Origin: an uncultured Alphaproteobacteria bacterium
Lineage (GTDB): Bacteria; Pseudomonadota; Alphaproteobacteria; Methylaequorales; Methylaequoraceae
NCBI GenBank assembly: GCA_902563505.1
Contig: CACEXK010000005.1
Span: 6,636-70,635 of the forward strand
DNA: 64,000 bases
Direction of reading: 5' to 3'
The notes beneath the pieces are model-generated. The model did not search any database. It was not told where the DNA came from and saw only the letters and a list, made by a program, of their open reading frames with translations. Numbering within the stretch: the stretch's first letter is position 1; each line of letters opens with the position of its first letter. Of the stretch, positions 47,016-57,542 are shown in pieces. The position numbers and the translations under genes were made by a program.

Positions 47016-47628
47016 AAGAAAGGGTCTTATGTTGGTTCTGTCATCACCATCAGGTGCAGGAAAAACTTCAATTTGCAAAAGAGTTTTAGATAAAGAAAAA
47101 AAGATAGTTATGTCAATTTCTTATACTACAAGGCCAAAAAGAAAAAGTGAGAAAAATGGTTTTGATTATTTTTTCATAAACAAAAAGAAGTTTGATGAGC
47201 TTAAAAGTAATGATTATTTTGTTGAATATGCAAATGTGTTTGATCATTATTATGGGACTCCAAAAGACTTCATAGATAAAAACTTGCAAAACGGAATTGA
47301 TGTTTTGTTTGATATTGATTGGCAAGGAGCCCAAAAACTATCTAACTATTCAAAAGATGATATGGTCTCTGTTTTTATATTACCTCCTAATAATAAAAGT
47401 TTATTAGAAAGATTAAAGAAAAGAAATGAGGATAGTATTAAGACTGTAAAAAAGAGAATGGGAAAAGCTAAATCTGAAATAAGTCATTGGATTGAGTATG
47501 ATTATATCGTTATTAATAAAGATTTAGAGCAAAGTGCTAATGAGGTGATTACTATTCTTAGGGCAGAAAGAAAAAAAAGGAGCAGACAAAAGTTTGTTTT
47601 TGATCTTATTGAGGATTTAACCAAATAG
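47005..47628 (+). CDS. gmk: Guanylate kinase
   Basis: SPSGAGKT, TTRPKR, YYGT, DIDWQG. Confidence 0.97.
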   Translation: MQNKRKGLMLVLSSPSGAGKTSICKRVLDKEKKIVMSISYTTRPKRKSEKNGFDYFFINKKKFDELKSNDYFVEYANVFDHYYGTPKDFIDKNLQNGIDVLFDIDWQGAQKLSNYSKDDMVSVFILPPNNKSLLERLKKRNEDSIKTVKKRMGKAKSEISHWIEYDYIVINKDLEQSANEVITILRAERKKRSRQKFVFDLIEDLTK

Positions 47629-48393
47629 GCGTTTTGTAAGTTTTAAGTATTTTTCAGGTGATATTTCCTGAGGCCTTAGATTATCTAATATGTCGTTATC
47701 AAATGGTAATTTCTTGGTATCAATATTTTTTTTTTTAAAATTATTTTTGATTGTTTTTCTTCTATGAAGAAATGATAATTTTAATACCTTATCTATTTTT
47801 TTATAATCAACTTTGATATTTTCTTTAGGAATGATTTCAATTACCGATGATTCTACTTTTGGTTTCGGGAAAAAATTATCTGGAGACACATCAAATTTTT
47901 TTTTAATATCGCAAAAAATTTGGATTAATACAGAAATTCTTCCGTATTGTTTGCTATTAACCTTTGCAATAAATCTTTCAGCAACTTCTTTTTGAACCAT
48001 AACTATTATTGATTTAAAGATTTCAAGGTTTTGAAGCCAATTTATTATCAAAGTTGAAGCAACATTGTAGGGAAGATTAGCGATCAGGACTATTTTTTCA
48101 TTAAAAATATCTACTAAATCAATCTCAAGAGCATTTCCAAAAATTATTTTTAATTTATCCGAGTGTTTTTTCTTTATACTCTCAAGATATGGTTCTAAAG
48201 AAATATCTTTTTCTATAACTAATAATTTTTTTGGATTACACTCAAGTATTTTTTTTGTAAGAGAACCCATGCCTGGACCAATCTCTAAAATACTTTCACT
48301 ATTAAGATTTCTTATTGAACAAATCTTTTGTAAAATTTCCTGATTATTTAAAAAATGTTGTCCTAGTCTTTTTTTAAATTTAAACCCTGACAT
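47617..48393 (-). CDS. rsmA: 16S rRNA dimethyladenosine transferase
   Basis: LGQHFL, EIGPGMG, ANLPYN, FPKPKVES. Confidence 0.96.
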   Translation of the reverse strand: MSGFKFKKRLGQHFLNNQEILQKICSIRNLNSESILEIGPGMGSLTKKILECNPKKLLVIEKDISLEPYLESIKKKHSDKLKIIFGNALEIDLVDIFNEKIVLIANLPYNVASTLIINWLQNLEIFKSIIVMVQKEVAERFIAKVNSKQYGRISVLIQIFCDIKKKFDVSPDNFFPKPKVESSVIEIIPKENIKVDYKKIDKVLKLSFLHRRKTIKNNFKKKNIDTKKLPFDNDILDNLRPQEISPEKYLKLTKRLFG

Positions 48394-49412
48394 TAGCAGA
48401 ATTTTTCTAGAAACTTTATGGAAGCTATTAAACTATTTGTTTTAGCGATATTTTTTTTTGCAATATCAAAAGCTGGTCCGTGATCTGGTGAGACCCGAAA
48501 AATTGGTAAATTACCTGTGATATTAACTGAATTATAAAAATCTAAAATTTTTATAGGAGCCAGTCCTTGATCGTGATAAAAACACAGAATACCGTTATAT
48601 TTAACTCTTATTTTTTTAAAAAAACACGAATCACTGCTTAGGGGACCAATGATATTGATTTTCTCTAATCTCATTTTTTTTAATACAGGTAAAATTAATT
48701 TTTGCTCTTCGTTTCCAATCAATCCTCCCTCACCAGCATGAGGATTTATGCTTGCTAATGCGATCTTTGGAATCTTAATTCTCCATATTCTTTTTAAAGA
48801 ATTATTAAAAGCATGGATTTTATCAATTAGTTTATTTTGAGAAATTTCTTTCAATACTCTTTTCAAAGGGATATGTGTTGTAATCAACCCAACTGTTAAA
48901 TTAGGACCATTATCAATTGGTTTATTAGTAGATAGAATCATTATTTCTTCGGACTTTTTTTTTATTTTTTTTTTAGAAAGATAACTTAAAAACTCTGTCT
49001 GGCCATTAAATTTAAATCCATATTTTTTTAATGTTTTTTTGCAAACTGGTAGTGTGACCATTCCACCAGCTTTATTTAATCTTACAAAGTCAAAAGATTT
49101 TTCAATTGAACTGATTACATATTTACTATTTCTAACATCGGGTATGCCCAAGTGAAAATCAATATTATTTTGCATATCCATAACCGGAAGAAATTCTTGA
49201 AAAACTCCAATAGAATCCTCTGGTCTTTTAATTGATTTTAACTTTACATCAAGTTTGAAAAGTTGGTTAATTTTTTCTAGTTTTTTTATACAATCAACTA
49301 GAAAAAATGGTGGAAGTTTTTTTTTTCTTCGTAACAACCAACTTTTTAGAATAATTTCTGAAGCAATTCCTGATGGCTCACCCATTGTTATAGCTATTGG
49401 TTTCATTTTCAT
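48393..49412 (-). CDS. pdxA: 4-hydroxythreonine-4-phosphate dehydrogenase
   Basis: TMGEPSGIA, NPHAGE, YHDQG, SPDHGPAFDIA. Confidence 0.95.
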   Translation of the reverse strand: MKMKPIAITMGEPSGIASEIILKSWLLRRKKKLPPFFLVDCIKKLEKINQLFKLDVKLKSIKRPEDSIGVFQEFLPVMDMQNNIDFHLGIPDVRNSKYVISSIEKSFDFVRLNKAGGMVTLPVCKKTLKKYGFKFNGQTEFLSYLSKKKIKKKSEEIMILSTNKPIDNGPNLTVGLITTHIPLKRVLKEISQNKLIDKIHAFNNSLKRIWRIKIPKIALASINPHAGEGGLIGNEEQKLILPVLKKMRLEKINIIGPLSSDSCFFKKIRVKYNGILCFYHDQGLAPIKILDFYNSVNITGNLPIFRVSPDHGPAFDIAKKNIAKTNSLIASIKFLEKFC

Positions 49413-49420
49413 AATACCTA

Positions 49421-50629
49421 TTATTTATTAAAGAATTTAATGTTGGCATTTTTTCTTAGGTTTGCAATGAATGTATTTGCAAGTTGGTTAAACCTCTCGG
49501 CATAAAGTTTGTTTTCTATTTGATCTCTGTTTGGAGGCTTTAATTTAGATTCATCTATTCGACATAATTTAATGAAACTAAATTCATTATTATTGTTTAT
49601 TATTTCCGAAAAACTATTTATTTCTGTTTTTTCAATTTTATCTAAGAAAATTTTAGATAAATCTCCTGATATAACATCATCAATTTTTACTGCTGTAACA
49701 TCCTCGGGAAGTTCTGGAATATCCTCTTCACATTTGATTGATGATTTTATAACAGAACCTAATGAATCATCAAACATTGATGAAATTTTGATGAATGAGT
49801 ATTTGACTTTACTATTACCAACTCTTCTTTTTTTCTTTAATTTTATTATTTTATACCCATTCTTAGTTTTAATAGTTTGGGATATCTCACCTAGTTTTAG
49901 TTTTGATAATATTTCCTTCATTTCAGAATCTAAATTATCTTCTAGTGTCCAGGTCAGGCTTTCATTTAATTCTTGTTCACCAGTATTTGAAAATTTTTTA
50001 GCCAAGGTTTCAAATGAAATTCCTTGATCTAAAAGAGCAAGGAATTTATCAATCTTTTTTTTTGTTTTCTCTAAATCATTTTTCGAAGTATTTTCAAAAA
50101 AAATTTCACTAAAATTATACTCTACTTTTCCTTGTTTTTTTTCTTCATCATCAATCACTTGATTTATTTCTCGTTCACTTATAGTTATAATTGATGAGAA
50201 CTTTTCTCTTAACAATTTTTTCCACAAAAGTTCAGATGATAATTGTTCAAGCAAGATATCTACATCAATTTTTTCTTCTTCGATATACATTTTAAATTTT
50301 TCAAAATCTTCTTTAGGAAAATTATATAGTATTGATGCAAATTGAACTAATTCATCATCTGAATGGCTAATTTCATTTTTTGTTGCTTCATTTTTCTTTA
50401 TTTTTTCGAGTATTAGTAGATCTAATACTTTTTCTCGGACAGAATCTCTATTCTTTATATTATCTTCAAGTTGCAATGATTTTAGAGCTAATTTTATCCT
50501 TTGTGATAAATCATAAGTTGTCACAACATTTGAGTTGACTGTTGCAACTAAAGCTTCAAATTTCTCTTGAGCAAAAACTGAATAGCTAAATAAAAATAAA
50601 ATTATAAATTTTAAGCTTAATTTTCTCAT
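49421..50629 (-). CDS. surA: SurA-like periplasmic chaperone/PPIase
   Basis: VATVN...TYDLSQR, FETLAKKFS parvulin-like region; located between lptD and pdxA. Confidence 0.85.
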   Translation of the reverse strand: MRKLSLKFIILFLFSYSVFAQEKFEALVATVNSNVVTTYDLSQRIKLALKSLQLEDNIKNRDSVREKVLDLLILEKIKKNEATKNEISHSDDELVQFASILYNFPKEDFEKFKMYIEEEKIDVDILLEQLSSELLWKKLLREKFSSIITISEREINQVIDDEEKKQGKVEYNFSEIFFENTSKNDLEKTKKKIDKFLALLDQGISFETLAKKFSNTGEQELNESLTWTLEDNLDSEMKEILSKLKLGEISQTIKTKNGYKIIKLKKKRRVGNSKVKYSFIKISSMFDDSLGSVIKSSIKCEEDIPELPEDVTAVKIDDVISGDLSKIFLDKIEKTEINSFSEIINNNNEFSFIKLCRIDESKLKPPNRDQIENKLYAERFNQLANTFIANLRKNANIKFFNK

Positions 50630-50639
50630 TAATAAAATA

Positions 50640-52817
50640 TTATAAGTTATTTTCCATTATTTCTTTTAGGCTGAATAAAAATGTGAAACTATTAGAGGTT
50701 GGATCCTCAGGATTATGAGTATACTGCCTATTCCAATTCAAAGAAAATCCTAAACACTCATCTTCATATTTAATTTTTGCACCAAAATTGTGAAGTTTAA
50801 TTTTATTTTTTTTATCAAATACTGTTGAACCAGTTAATGTCCAATACTTAGCTATATCTTGACTATAGGAGATTGAAAACTGGTTTTCACCCTCAATTTC
50901 ATTTTCACCACTAATATTAACTACTGGTGGAGAATGAATATTACTCAATGATAAATAACTATTTTTCTGATGTAACAGAACATTTGTGTAAGCCGTTTTA
51001 AGCGAAAATTCTTCTTTGTCTAATGAGAAGAAAGAGTCAATCTTAATACTCTCATGGGGTACAATCTGGAATTTTCCTACTATATCAGAAAATTTGTCAT
51101 TAATTCCACTATTGGAATCAAGGTATTTATGTTTCTCAAATTGATAACTTTGGCCAATTTCAATTATAGTCATTTCTTTGTCATCCTTAAATCTTTTCTT
51201 TATAAAAGAAAAACCATAATCAACTCTACTCAAATTATCCATTCTATCATTTCCAGCTAATCTGTTCATACTAAATAAATCAATAAAATCAAATTCAAAG
51301 TTATTTATATTACTCTCATCAGGAATTTTTCGAGAAAAAGCACTTTTGTTACCCTTCACAAAATTAGCCATAGGTGTAATTATATCCACATAATTTTTTT
51401 TCTTCCGAAAAAATGGCTTATTTATTTCTAAAGATATTTGAGGAAAATAGTTTGTTTTATATTCATTAAATTCAAACCTTCCATTTTCTGGATTGTCGTA
51501 TTTTTCAATATTATAAATACCAGCATTTAAATCAGTTGTAAGTTTAAGAAATGTACCATCAGGCAAAATTGTTGGAAAAAACAAACTTTGCACAAAAAAT
51601 AATTTTTTTGTTTCATTTCCGTCAGTTCTTTTTATATTTGCAAATTCAATTTTTGTATTATAATTGAGATTATTTAAATTATAGTCAGAGTTAAAATCAA
51701 GAATTAATCTTGGCAGGATCTTTGGAGTTTGCCTTTGATTAAATTCTTTCCTCATATCTTGAAATAAATATGACTGAAAACTGTAAAAATTATTTTGTCG
51801 CAAACTTTCAATTTTTATATTCGACTCCAATACATCTTTATATCCATACTTATATGTATTTAAATAATTTCTATCAGTTGTTCTATGAATTTGATAATCA
51901 ACATAAGAATTTTTACTAATGTCAAACGATCCAATTGACTTTATATGTCCCCTTTGCTTATCTTTTTTTACTTGGTTTACCTTCTGATTTTCAATTGTCC
52001 CGCTAAATTCATTTTTTATTTCACCGTTGAAAAAATTTTTTCTATGTTCAATGAATAACGCAGGATTTTTTTTTTGAGAGAATTTCGGTATTACTGTAAC
52101 ATCTTGGTAATCACTTAGTGGATAATAATAAGGTATATCAGTTTCAAAACCAAAAAAATGTGTTTGTCTGAAACTTGGGGCCAAAACACCTGCTTTTCTT
52201 TTCACCAATGGAGATGCAACTGTAAAATAAGGTAAATAAAAAACACTTTGTCCTTTTATATCAAGATATGCATCATAATATTTAACATTCAGATTTTTTT
52301 TATCATGGATTATCTTTTCAGCTTTTAATTGAACTAAAGGAGCATCATATTTTTTTGTTTGTTCATTATAACAAGGTTTACAAGCTGTAAAGACTCCATA
52401 ATCCATTTTTTCCCAAACCCTGTTTCTTCTTTCGACTCTTTTTGCTCCAATTTTTAAAAATTGCTTCTCTTTTTCAAATTCCTCTCCAGGAATGAACAAG
52501 TAACTATTTTCTATTACTGCATTTTTAAGACTTTGATCTGCAACAATTTTTTCTGCCTTGAGAATTGTGCCATCAGAATTAAAAATTGTTGCATTATCTC
52601 TTGCTGAAAGAACCTTGGATTCATTGTTAAGAAAAACTTTGTCAGCGTAAAGTTTAAATTCTTCATCAATAATCTCAACATTACCGGTCGCATAAATCCT
52701 AGTATTTTCCTTATCATAAGTAAATTGATCTGCATTTATTTCAATCTTTTCATTTGAAGAAACTAGGGAGTACAAAAAGAAGTATATAATTATGTAAATC
52801 AGTTTAACCATCCTCAA
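50640..52817 (-). CDS. lptD: LPS assembly outer membrane protein LptD
   Basis: OstA-like N-terminus, FTAC, C-terminal YEDECL; start may be ATG at 52811. Confidence 0.9.
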   Translation of the reverse strand: MRMVKLIYIIIYFFLYSLVSSNEKIEINADQFTYDKENTRIYATGNVEIIDEEFKLYADKVFLNNESKVLSARDNATIFNSDGTILKAEKIVADQSLKNAVIENSYLFIPGEEFEKEKQFLKIGAKRVERRNRVWEKMDYGVFTACKPCYNEQTKKYDAPLVQLKAEKIIHDKKNLNVKYYDAYLDIKGQSVFYLPYFTVASPLVKRKAGVLAPSFRQTHFFGFETDIPYYYPLSDYQDVTVIPKFSQKKNPALFIEHRKNFFNGEIKNEFSGTIENQKVNQVKKDKQRGHIKSIGSFDISKNSYVDYQIHRTTDRNYLNTYKYGYKDVLESNIKIESLRQNNFYSFQSYLFQDMRKEFNQRQTPKILPRLILDFNSDYNLNNLNYNTKIEFANIKRTDGNETKKLFFVQSLFFPTILPDGTFLKLTTDLNAGIYNIEKYDNPENGRFEFNEYKTNYFPQISLEINKPFFRKKKNYVDIITPMANFVKGNKSAFSRKIPDESNINNFEFDFIDLFSMNRLAGNDRMDNLSRVDYGFSFIKKRFKDDKEMTIIEIGQSYQFEKHKYLDSNSGINDKFSDIVGKFQIVPHESIKIDSFFSLDKEEFSLKTAYTNVLLHQKNSYLSLSNIHSPPVVNISGENEIEGENQFSISYSQDIAKYWTLTGSTVFDKKNKIKLHNFGAKIKYEDECLGFSLNWNRQYTHNPEDPTSNSFTFLFSLKEIMENNL

Positions 52818-53898
52818 GATGAATTAATGCGCTAATTAAGAGAAAATTAAAGACTAAAGGAGGAGACCAAACTGACAAAAAAATATTAAGATTTCCAGTT
52901 TGTCCTAAGGTTTTTACCACATCAGAAATAAAGTGGAAAATCACTCCAATAACTATCCCGTAAATTATTTTCAAAACATTTTTTTTTAGTCTTTCTTTCT
53001 TTATTGATAATAAGCAACCCAACAAAACCATAGAAATCAAAATTATAGGAAAAGAATAAAGATAATTTTTATAAACTAAATGTTTTTTTATTGAAAACCC
53101 AGAAGAATCAAGATTTTCAATATATTCATTTAAACTCCAAAAACTCAAAGTTTCAGGGGGTCTAAAGTTTTTTTCAATCTTATTTGCATCTAAATCAATT
53201 TTTAGAAAATTTTCATTAAAATTTTGAGGAATTTTGTTGATTTCTAATTTGTATCCATTATTCAATTTCCATGAGTTATCATCAAGCATAGTAACAGTTT
53301 CAACATCAATTCTCTCTAAAAATTTATTTTCAAGATCAAATTTAAAAATTTTTACATCTTTTAAAGTTCTATTATCAAATGAATAATGTTGAGAATTAAT
53401 AACATATTCAAATTCATCATTTTTTTCTCTTAACCATAACCCTGTATCTGAAATTGAGAATAATCCTGAACTTCCTTTAAAATAAATGCTTTCATAATTT
53501 TTGAATTTCACATTCATGTAAGCAAAAATTGGGTTAAAAACTAATAAATAGAGACAACTTATAATGGATACATTTATTATCGCCGGAAAAATTAAAGACC
53601 AGATTGAAAATCCAGAAGCTCTTAAAACACTTAATTCATTGTTTTTATTAAGTTTCATATAAGTATTCATTGAGCTGAGTAAAAAAACTGTTGGAAGAAT
53701 AATTGGAAATAATGATGGAATATGAAAAATTGCCATTTTTAAAAGCACACTAAATTCAATCTCTTTACTCGAACTTCTTCTTATTAATTCAATTAAATCG
53801 ATAGATATAAAAAGAACACATGAAAATAGGAAAACCATCAAAAAAGAAAAAATATTTTCTTTGATTAAGTACCTAAAGATAATTCTACTTCTAATCAT
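52804..53898 (-). CDS. lptG: LPS export permease LptG
   Basis: NELSVLRASGFSIW, GLWLRE, LGQTGNL. Confidence 0.88.
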   Translation of the reverse strand: MIRSRIIFRYLIKENIFSFLMVFLFSCVLFISIDLIELIRRSSSKEIEFSVLLKMAIFHIPSLFPIILPTVFLLSSMNTYMKLNKNNELSVLRASGFSIWSLIFPAIINVSIISCLYLLVFNPIFAYMNVKFKNYESIYFKGSSGLFSISDTGLWLREKNDEFEYVINSQHYSFDNRTLKDVKIFKFDLENKFLERIDVETVTMLDDNSWKLNNGYKLEINKIPQNFNENFLKIDLDANKIEKNFRPPETLSFWSLNEYIENLDSSGFSIKKHLVYKNYLYSFPIILISMVLLGCLLSIKKERLKKNVLKIIYGIVIGVIFHFISDVVKTLGQTGNLNIFLSVWSPPLVFNFLLISALIHLEDG

Positions 53899-54985
53899 TA
53901 CTCAGTTTCCTGGACTTGAGAATTAGGTAAAATGAAAAAATAATTGAAAATATTGATGGAAAAAAATTCAAAAGCTGGAAATTGTCTAATTTTATGGATA
54001 AATTTGATGATATAATTGATAAAACCTGGAGAAAAATTAATAAAGATAAAATTTTAATTGTTTTTGTTAAGTTTTCAACTCTGTCAAATTTTATTGAGAG
54101 AATAAAACAAATAAGTAATAAGCTAAATGTAAAAACATTTATTGGCATTGCATACCTTAGAGTTATTTCTGCCTTAAATGCTTGAAGATTATTCTGATCA
54201 TCTAAAGAATCAGGATTTGGGTTTTTTAATTCATCAAGAGTTCTTTCTGATGGAGATTTCCATCTATTTAAAAAATCAAATCCCTTGGATTGATTAATAT
54301 TTAATAGATATTCATCAAAATATAAAATTGATAATTTTTTTTCTTTAGATTGAAACTGTTGAGAGCCTTCTTGAAGGAATATTTTTGTATAAGACTCAGT
54401 GTTAATTATTTTCCCCTTTTTGGCAATAAGTGTAGAGGGTTTCTCTGGATCTCTCGTATCGTGGATGAATATATTATGCAACCCATCACTGTCATTTTTT
54501 TTAATAAATATTGTAAAATCTTTACCTATTGTATTAAACATTCCTTCTTGCAAGAGACTAGATGAGTAATCATTTTTAATTGTATATAATAAAATCTTGA
54601 AGTTTTTATTAGATTCAGGCCCCTGATAAAGAGTAAAAAATGAACTTAATATTGATAAAAGCAGTGCAAAAATTAGAGTGGGTTTTGTTAATTCAAGATT
54701 TGTAAAGCTTGATGATTGAAGAATTATTAATTCTTTATCTGTTATCATCCTAGTGTAAACAAAAAAAACTGACAAACATATAATTATCGGTAATAAAGTT
54801 GGGATGATTTGAGGCAATGAATTAAGAATTAATTTCATGAAAATCAATGTCGGAAGGCCTCTGCTAACCATTAACTCTATTAGTTGAACACTTTTTGCCA
54901 ACGAAAAGACAGAAATGATTAAAATTAGAATCAACAGAGAGTTATTGGCGAGTTGTTTGAAAATATATTTATCTACTAAATTCAT
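53891..54985 (-). CDS. lptF: LPS export permease LptF
   Basis: YTRMITDKELIILQS, LLQEGMFN, IHDTRDP. Confidence 0.88.
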   Translation of the reverse strand: MNLVDKYIFKQLANNSLLILILIISVFSLAKSVQLIELMVSRGLPTLIFMKLILNSLPQIIPTLLPIIICLSVFFVYTRMITDKELIILQSSSFTNLELTKPTLIFALLLSILSSFFTLYQGPESNKNFKILLYTIKNDYSSSLLQEGMFNTIGKDFTIFIKKNDSDGLHNIFIHDTRDPEKPSTLIAKKGKIINTESYTKIFLQEGSQQFQSKEKKLSILYFDEYLLNINQSKGFDFLNRWKSPSERTLDELKNPNPDSLDDQNNLQAFKAEITLRYAMPINVFTFSLLLICFILSIKFDRVENLTKTIKILSLLIFLQVLSIISSNLSIKLDNFQLLNFFPSIFSIIFSFYLILKSRKLSND

Positions 54986-55051
54986 TGATTTTTAAAAAAA
55001 AAAACAATATACATCATTTATTACAAATTTTGTTATGAATTGATACACTAA

Positions 55052-56518
55052 ATGAAAATTACTTTTACAAACAATGTTTCATCAAATGATCACCTAGTTT
55101 TTATTACATTTGATAAAAATTCTACTTTTAAGTCAAAATTTCTGGATAAAACAAAAAAAGATTTGATAACTGGTTTTCTCAACCAAAAAAATAAAGATAA
55201 CGGTAATATTTTTCAAACCTTTTTTTACTCCACAGCTAAGAGTGTTTCGTCATTTTCTCTTGTTATTGGAGATAATACATCTAGAAATGTTGAGTTAGAG
55301 GTACTATCCGGAAAGATACTATCTTTTATAGAATCAAAGAAGATAAAAAATATTTGTTTGGTGGTGGAAAATATTAAGGGTAAAAAAATTTTTGATACCC
55401 TAGAAAATCTAGTTTCAGGTCTTTGTATGAAAAACTATCGATTCGAAAAATATAAGAATTTTTCTAGAAAAGACTTTCAAATTCAAACCATCAAAATTTG
55501 TGGTGCATTAGGCCAAAAAGATAAACAGAATCTGGGAAAAAAAATCGAATCGCTTAAAGGAATATTTCTAACAAGAGATTTAGTATCTGAACCATCTAAT
55601 GTACTTTATCCATCAAAATTTGTAGAAGTTTGTAATGTTTTAAAAAAAGCTGGGATAAAGATCGATGTACTTGATGAAAAAAAAATGAAATCTCTTGGAA
55701 TGAATGCATTGCTTGGAGTGGCTCAAGGTTCAGTTAGGCCTGGAAGAGTTATGATAATGAAGTGGAATGGTAACACTAAGTCAAAAGAAAAACCTATTTC
55801 ATTTGTTGGTAAAGGGGTTACCTTTGATACAGGTGGAATATCAATTAAACCATCTGGTGGAATGGAGGATATGAAATGGGATATGGGCGGAGCTGGAGTT
55901 GTAGCGGGTCTGATGTATACACTAGCTCTTAGAAAATCAAAAGCTAATGTGATTGGAGCAGTTGGCCTTGTGGAAAATATGCCTGATGGTAATGCTCAAA
56001 GACCTGGTGATGTTGTAAAATCAATGTCTGGGCAAACTATTGAAGTATTAAATACAGATGCAGAGGGGAGATTAGTACTTGCTGATGTACTTTGGTATGT
56101 AAAAGAAAAATTCAAACCAAAACTAATGATTGATTTAGCAACCCTAACTGGTGCGATAATTGTTGCATTAGGAGAGAGATATGCTGGTTTATTTTCCAAT
56201 GATGATTCTCTAGTAAAAAAAATTCTTAATTCCTCTGAAAGAACTAATGAATTAGTTTGGCGACTTCCATTAGATGAAAAGTTTGACAAACTGCTTGATT
56301 GTCAGATTGCAGATATGAAAAATATTACCGGAACAAGAGGTGCAGGAAGTATAACTGCAGCACAATTTCTAAAAAGATTTGTAGGGAATACAAGCTGGGC
56401 CCATCTTGATATTGCTGGTGTAACTTGGTCAAAAAAAGGTACAGAATTTTCTCGTCCAGGTGGAACAGGTTTTGGTGTAAGATTATTGGATGATTTTGTA
56501 AGAACTAATTATGAATGA
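55052..56518 (+). CDS. pepA: Leucyl aminopeptidase (M17)
   Basis: GKGVTFDTGGISIK, MKWDMGGA, NTDAEGRL, HLDIAG. Confidence 0.97.
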   Translation: MKITFTNNVSSNDHLVFITFDKNSTFKSKFLDKTKKDLITGFLNQKNKDNGNIFQTFFYSTAKSVSSFSLVIGDNTSRNVELEVLSGKILSFIESKKIKNICLVVENIKGKKIFDTLENLVSGLCMKNYRFEKYKNFSRKDFQIQTIKICGALGQKDKQNLGKKIESLKGIFLTRDLVSEPSNVLYPSKFVEVCNVLKKAGIKIDVLDEKKMKSLGMNALLGVAQGSVRPGRVMIMKWNGNTKSKEKPISFVGKGVTFDTGGISIKPSGGMEDMKWDMGGAGVVAGLMYTLALRKSKANVIGAVGLVENMPDGNAQRPGDVVKSMSGQTIEVLNTDAEGRLVLADVLWYVKEKFKPKLMIDLATLTGAIIVALGERYAGLFSNDDSLVKKILNSSERTNELVWRLPLDEKFDKLLDCQIADMKNITGTRGAGSITAAQFLKRFVGNTSWAHLDIAGVTWSKKGTEFSRPGGTGFGVRLLDDFVRTNYE

Positions 56519-56978
56519 AAATAAAGATAAAAAAGAAATAAACTTCTATTACTTAAAATCAGAATTTAACGATGTTGTTCAAAAGCTTGTAAAGAAATTA
56601 ATTGAGCAAAAGCAAAGTGTTCTTTTGAGTTTAAAAGATGAAAGTGAAATAAACAACCTTGATAAATTTCTTTGGGTAAAAGATAAAAATAGTTTTTTAC
56701 CTCATAAAAAAATTTCTGAAAAATTATCTTCTTTGGATAAAATTGTCTTGAGTTGTGAAAAGGATTCACAAAATGAATATTTAAAAAAATTTGATCAAGT
56801 TATTATTTCACCCAATGTAATTATAAAAAAATTTAATTTCTTTAGAAGATTTTTTGTATTTTCTTATGAAAAAATTAATAATAATTCCTTAGGAAACATA
56901 AAATCAAAATTGAAGTTAAGAGGTTTCAAAGTTTCATGTTATTTTGAACATGATAAATTTAAATGGAAACAAATATAA
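56511..56978 (+). CDS. holC: DNA polymerase III chi subunit
   Basis: INFYYL, LDKFLW...SFLPH; follows pepA. Confidence 0.8.
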   Translation: MNENKDKKEINFYYLKSEFNDVVQKLVKKLIEQKQSVLLSLKDESEINNLDKFLWVKDKNSFLPHKKISEKLSSLDKIVLSCEKDSQNEYLKKFDQVIISPNVIIKKFNFFRRFFVFSYEKINNNSLGNIKSKLKLRGFKVSCYFEHDKFKWKQI

Positions 56979-56997
56979 AAGTTGAAAAGAGGTAATT

Positions 56998-57417
56998 ATG
57001 AACACGACATTATCGATAATTAAACCTGATGCAGTAAAAAGGAATTTGATTGGTGAAATTAATACCATGATTGAAAAAAACAAGATGAAAATTGTGGCGC
57101 AAAAAATGATTTTACTGTCTATAAATGATGCACAAAGATTTTATGATGTTCATAAGGATAGAGCTTTTTTTGATGATTTGTGTAAATATATGATTTCAGG
57201 TCCAATAGTTGTGCAGGTTTTAAAGGGCAAAGATATTGTTTCTAATTACCGTAAACTCATGGGAGCAACCAACCCTTCAAATGCAGATGAAAATACCATT
57301 AGGAGTAAATATGGATTATCTGTTGAAGAAAATTCCGTTCATGGTTCAGATAGTAAAGAAAATGCAAAAATTGAAATTCAGTTTTTTTTTTCAAGCAAAG
57401 AGATTTTTGGCGATTAG
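56998..57417 (+). CDS. ndk: Nucleoside diphosphate kinase
   Basis: TLSIIKPDAV, MGATNP, NSVHGSDS. Confidence 0.98.
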   Translation: MNTTLSIIKPDAVKRNLIGEINTMIEKNKMKIVAQKMILLSINDAQRFYDVHKDRAFFDDLCKYMISGPIVVQVLKGKDIVSNYRKLMGATNPSNADENTIRSKYGLSVEENSVHGSDSKENAKIEIQFFFSSKEIFGD

Positions 57418-57419
57418 TT

Positions 57420-57542
57420 TTATCTGATTAGAAAAAACCACAATAAAAAAAGTAGAATTATAATTAAAACAGTTGCAATAACTGTAAATTTCATGAACTT
57501 TGCAAAGAAAGCTTCTTGGTATTTACTTTTTGTCTTGTCCAT
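57420..57542 (-). CDS. 40-aa single-TM protein resembling aa3-type cytochrome c oxidase subunit IV (not in the ORF track)
   Basis: MDKTKSKYQEAFFAKFMKFTVIATVLIIILLFLLWFFLIR*; QEAFFAKFMK resembles recalled Paracoccus subunit IV QQATFAGFIK. Confidence 0.55.
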   Translation of the reverse strand: MDKTKSKYQEAFFAKFMKFTVIATVLIIILLFLLWFFLIR

